From assembly GCF_964213995.1 (NCBI RefSeq), contig NC_135808.1, forward strand, positions 12,958,001-13,022,000: a stretch of DNA of 64,000 nt, written 5' to 3'. Source of the stretch: Mustelus asterias. Lineage: Eukaryota. A model generated the notes under the pieces. The model had not been told where the DNA came from. It did no database searches and worked only from the letters and a program-made list of their open reading frames with translations. The position numbers and the translations under genes are program-made. Positions within the stretch are counted from its first letter, which is position 1; every line of letters starts with the position of its first letter. Positions 61,380 to 64,000 of the stretch are shown here, piece after piece.

Positions 61380-61910
61380 ATGGAAGGAGTTAAATTAATA
61401 CTACCAACTTCTAATGCATGGTGCCGCCAGGCTCCTTTTTTAAACCTATAGGTCATGAAATGTAAATGGGTACTTCAAATGCAACACACCTTGGCGGGCC
61501 GAAATCCCATGGGCTACGGAGCATTGTACAACTTCACCGACGGAATCTGCATTCCAGCAGGAAAAGACTGGACTAAAGACAGGACTTTAATGCTTGGTTC
61601 CAAGTTTGTGCGGGCAAGGGTCGCGTGTGTCAAATGCACTTCCGATGGGACCACCGGTTGTGCGGATCGCAGGGAAGCGCGGGAGCAAGATGGGTGTGTT
61701 TTTGGAATTATATGTGCCCATCCCAACTGCCCAAGAAGGGACTCGGAGTATGTGGATATTATGAGGAGACGGATGCAGCGGCACTGTCCCTGTGTTTGTT
61801 TTTCCCTTCCTACTACTCCACCGTCCACTCCGACTCCCTCTCCAGCAATATTGACACGTCCCATGGTTTTTAACGGACCAGAAAACAGGATTGTATTTTT
61901 AAACGAAGGA
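61380..61910 (+). pseudogene. Cys-rich ERV env-like/accessory N-terminal ORF, truncated by CR1 insertion
   Basis: Position after pol; ORF 61455.. with many Cys and a Pro/Thr-rich stretch; homology not verified. Confidence 0.45.
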
Positions 61911-61911
61911 G

Positions 61912-64000
61912 TCTGCAGGGAGCGGGCGGAGGGCGGAGCTGAGCGTAACTGTGAGTATAAAACTAACTTACTTTTTTTTCAGAGCAGCCGGAAACCGGAA
62001 GTCGGCCGTGGGGAATTCTGGGAAGGTTTGTTGTTTGCATTTACAGTGCGGGTCGCAGTGGTTGCTGGTTAAGTGTTTTATTTTTACCTGTATATAAGTT
62101 GGGCGGTTATCCAGAGAGGATGGAAGTGAAGGCAGTGCAATGTTCCTCTTGCAGAATGTTTGAGGTGAGGGACGCCATCAGTGTCCCTGCTGATTCCACC
62201 TGTGGGAAGTACACCCATCTCCAGCTCCTCAAAAACCGTGTTAGGGAACTGGAGCTGGATGAACTTCGGATCATTCGGGAGGCAGAGGTGGCCATAGACA
62301 GAAGCTTCAGGGATGTAGTTACTCCGAGGAATGAAGATAGATGGGTGACGGTTAGAGGGGCTGGGAGGAAGCAGTCAGTACAGGGATCCCCTGTGGTCGT
62401 TCCCCTCGGCAACAAGTATCCCGCTTTGGATACTGTTGGTGGGGGGCGGGGGCGGGGGCGGGGGGCGGGGGCGGGGGCGGGGGGCGGGGGCGGGGCGGGG
62501 GGTGGGGGTGGGGCAGCCTACCAGTGGTGAGCCGCAGTGAGCGGATCTCCAGCACTGAGTCCGTCCCTGTGTCTCAGAAGGGAAAGGAGGAGAGCAATAG
62601 TTATTGGGGACTCGTTAGTTAGAGGGATAGATAGGAGGTTCTGTGGCAGCAAAAGAGACTCATGGATGGTATGTTGCCTCCCGGATGCAAGGGTCCGTGA
62701 CGTCTCGGACCGTGTTTTCAGGATTCTTAAAGGGGAGGGGGAACAGTCACAAGTTGTGGTACACATCGGTACCAATGACATAGGTAGGAGAAGGGACGGG
62801 CATTTAAAACAGGAATTTAGGGAGCTAGGGTGGAAGTTGAGAGCCAGGACAAACCATGTTGTCATCTCTGGTTTATTGCCGGTGCCACATGATAGCGAGT
62901 TGAGGAACAGGGAGAGAGTGCAGATAAACACGTGGCTGCAGGGATGGTGCAGGAGAGAGGGTTTCAGCTACGTGGATAATTGGAACGCATTCTGGAGAAG
63001 CTGGGACCTGTACAAACAGGATGGGGTTGCACCTGAACCAGATGGGCACCAATATCCTGGGAGGGAAATTTGCTACGGCTCTTCAGGGGGGTTTAAACTA
63101 ATTTGTCAGGGGGATGGGAAAAGGAGCTGTAGTCCAGAAGTCAGTGTTGGGTGTAGTGAGGAAGATATCAAGGTTGCAGGAGTGTACCGGTAGACAGGAA
63201 GGTGGGTTGAAGTGTGTCTACTTCAATGCAAGGAGCATCTGAAATAAGGTAGGTGAACTTGGAGCGTGGATTGGTACTTGGGACTACGATGTTGTGACCA
63301 TTATGGAGACATGGTTAGAACAGGGGCAGGAATGGTTGTTGGAAGTTCCGGGGTATAGATGTTTCAGTAAGAGTAGGGAAGGTGGTAAAAGAGGTGGAGG
63401 AGTAGCGTTGTTAATCAAGGATAGTTTAACGGCTGCAGAAAGGCAGTTCGAGGGGGATCTGCCTACTGAAGTAATATGGGCTGAAGTTAGAAATAGGAAA
63501 GGAGCGGTCACGTTGTTAGGAGTTGTCTATAGACCCCCAAATAGTAATAGAGATGTGGAGGAAGAAATTGCTAAGCAGATTATGGATAGGTGTGGAGGTC
63601 ACAGGGTAGTTGTCATGGGTGACTTTAACTTTCCAAATATTGATTGGAACCTTTATAGGTCGAATAGTTCGGATGGGGTAGTTTTTGTACAGTGTGTGCA
63701 GGAGGGTTGCCTAACACAATATGTGGATAGGCCGACAAGAGGTGGGCCACATTGGATTTGGTACTGGGAAATGAACCGGGCCAAGTTTTAGATTTGGTTG
63801 TGGGAGAACACTTTGGAGATAGCAACCACAATTCGGCGTCTTTCTTTATTGCAATGGATAGGGATAGGAATACGTACGGCAGGGCAAGGTTTATAATTGG
63901 GGGAGGGGTAATTATGATGCGATTAGGCAAGAATTAGGGAGCATAAGATGGGAACAGAAACTGTCAGGGAAAGGCACAAATAAAAAGTGGAGCTTGTTCA
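61912..64000 (+). mobile_element. 5' end of a CR1 LINE: 5'UTR, ORF1 (Zn finger + SGNH esterase-like), start of ORF2 endonuclease; frameshifted
   Basis: AVQCSSC..CGK, IVIGDSLVRG, VVHIGTND; ORF2 METWL..GGGVALL..YRPP..GDFNFP. Confidence 0.9.

Overview
Eukaryotic, repeat-saturated vertebrate DNA. The repeat complement (HE1/V-SINE-type tRNA SINEs with CR1 tails, CR1, Rex1/Babar, Penelope and Tx1-like elements) points to a cartilaginous fish, probably a shark. Almost all long ORFs in the track are transposon-derived or low-complexity artefacts. Hidden among the repeats is an 11-exon, minus-strand gene (CDS 40612->7437). I reconstructed it by hand from GT-AG junctions, and all ten introns are phase 1. 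It encodes a signal peptide, two near-identical tandem Cys-less IgV exons, a CD2/SLAM/CEACAM-type IgC2 exon, FIVE separate transmembrane exons and a cytoplasmic tail with a YxxV motif (556 aa with both V exons, 454 aa with one). This joins a CD2/SLAM-like ectodomain to a CD47-like five-pass membrane domain and is the main candidate for an undescribed system. Other notable items: (1) a young, intact Gypsy element 1 kb upstream, with no tRNA primer-binding site but a 15-bp self-complementary PBS and a YLDN RT motif; (2) a tRNA-His-primed, internally deleted endogenous retrovirus; (3) a ~1.6-kb G-rich minisatellite in intron 1; (4) Penelope pLTRs with hammerhead cores; (5) ISRE and octamer motifs. 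All coordinates were read by eye and no searches were run.
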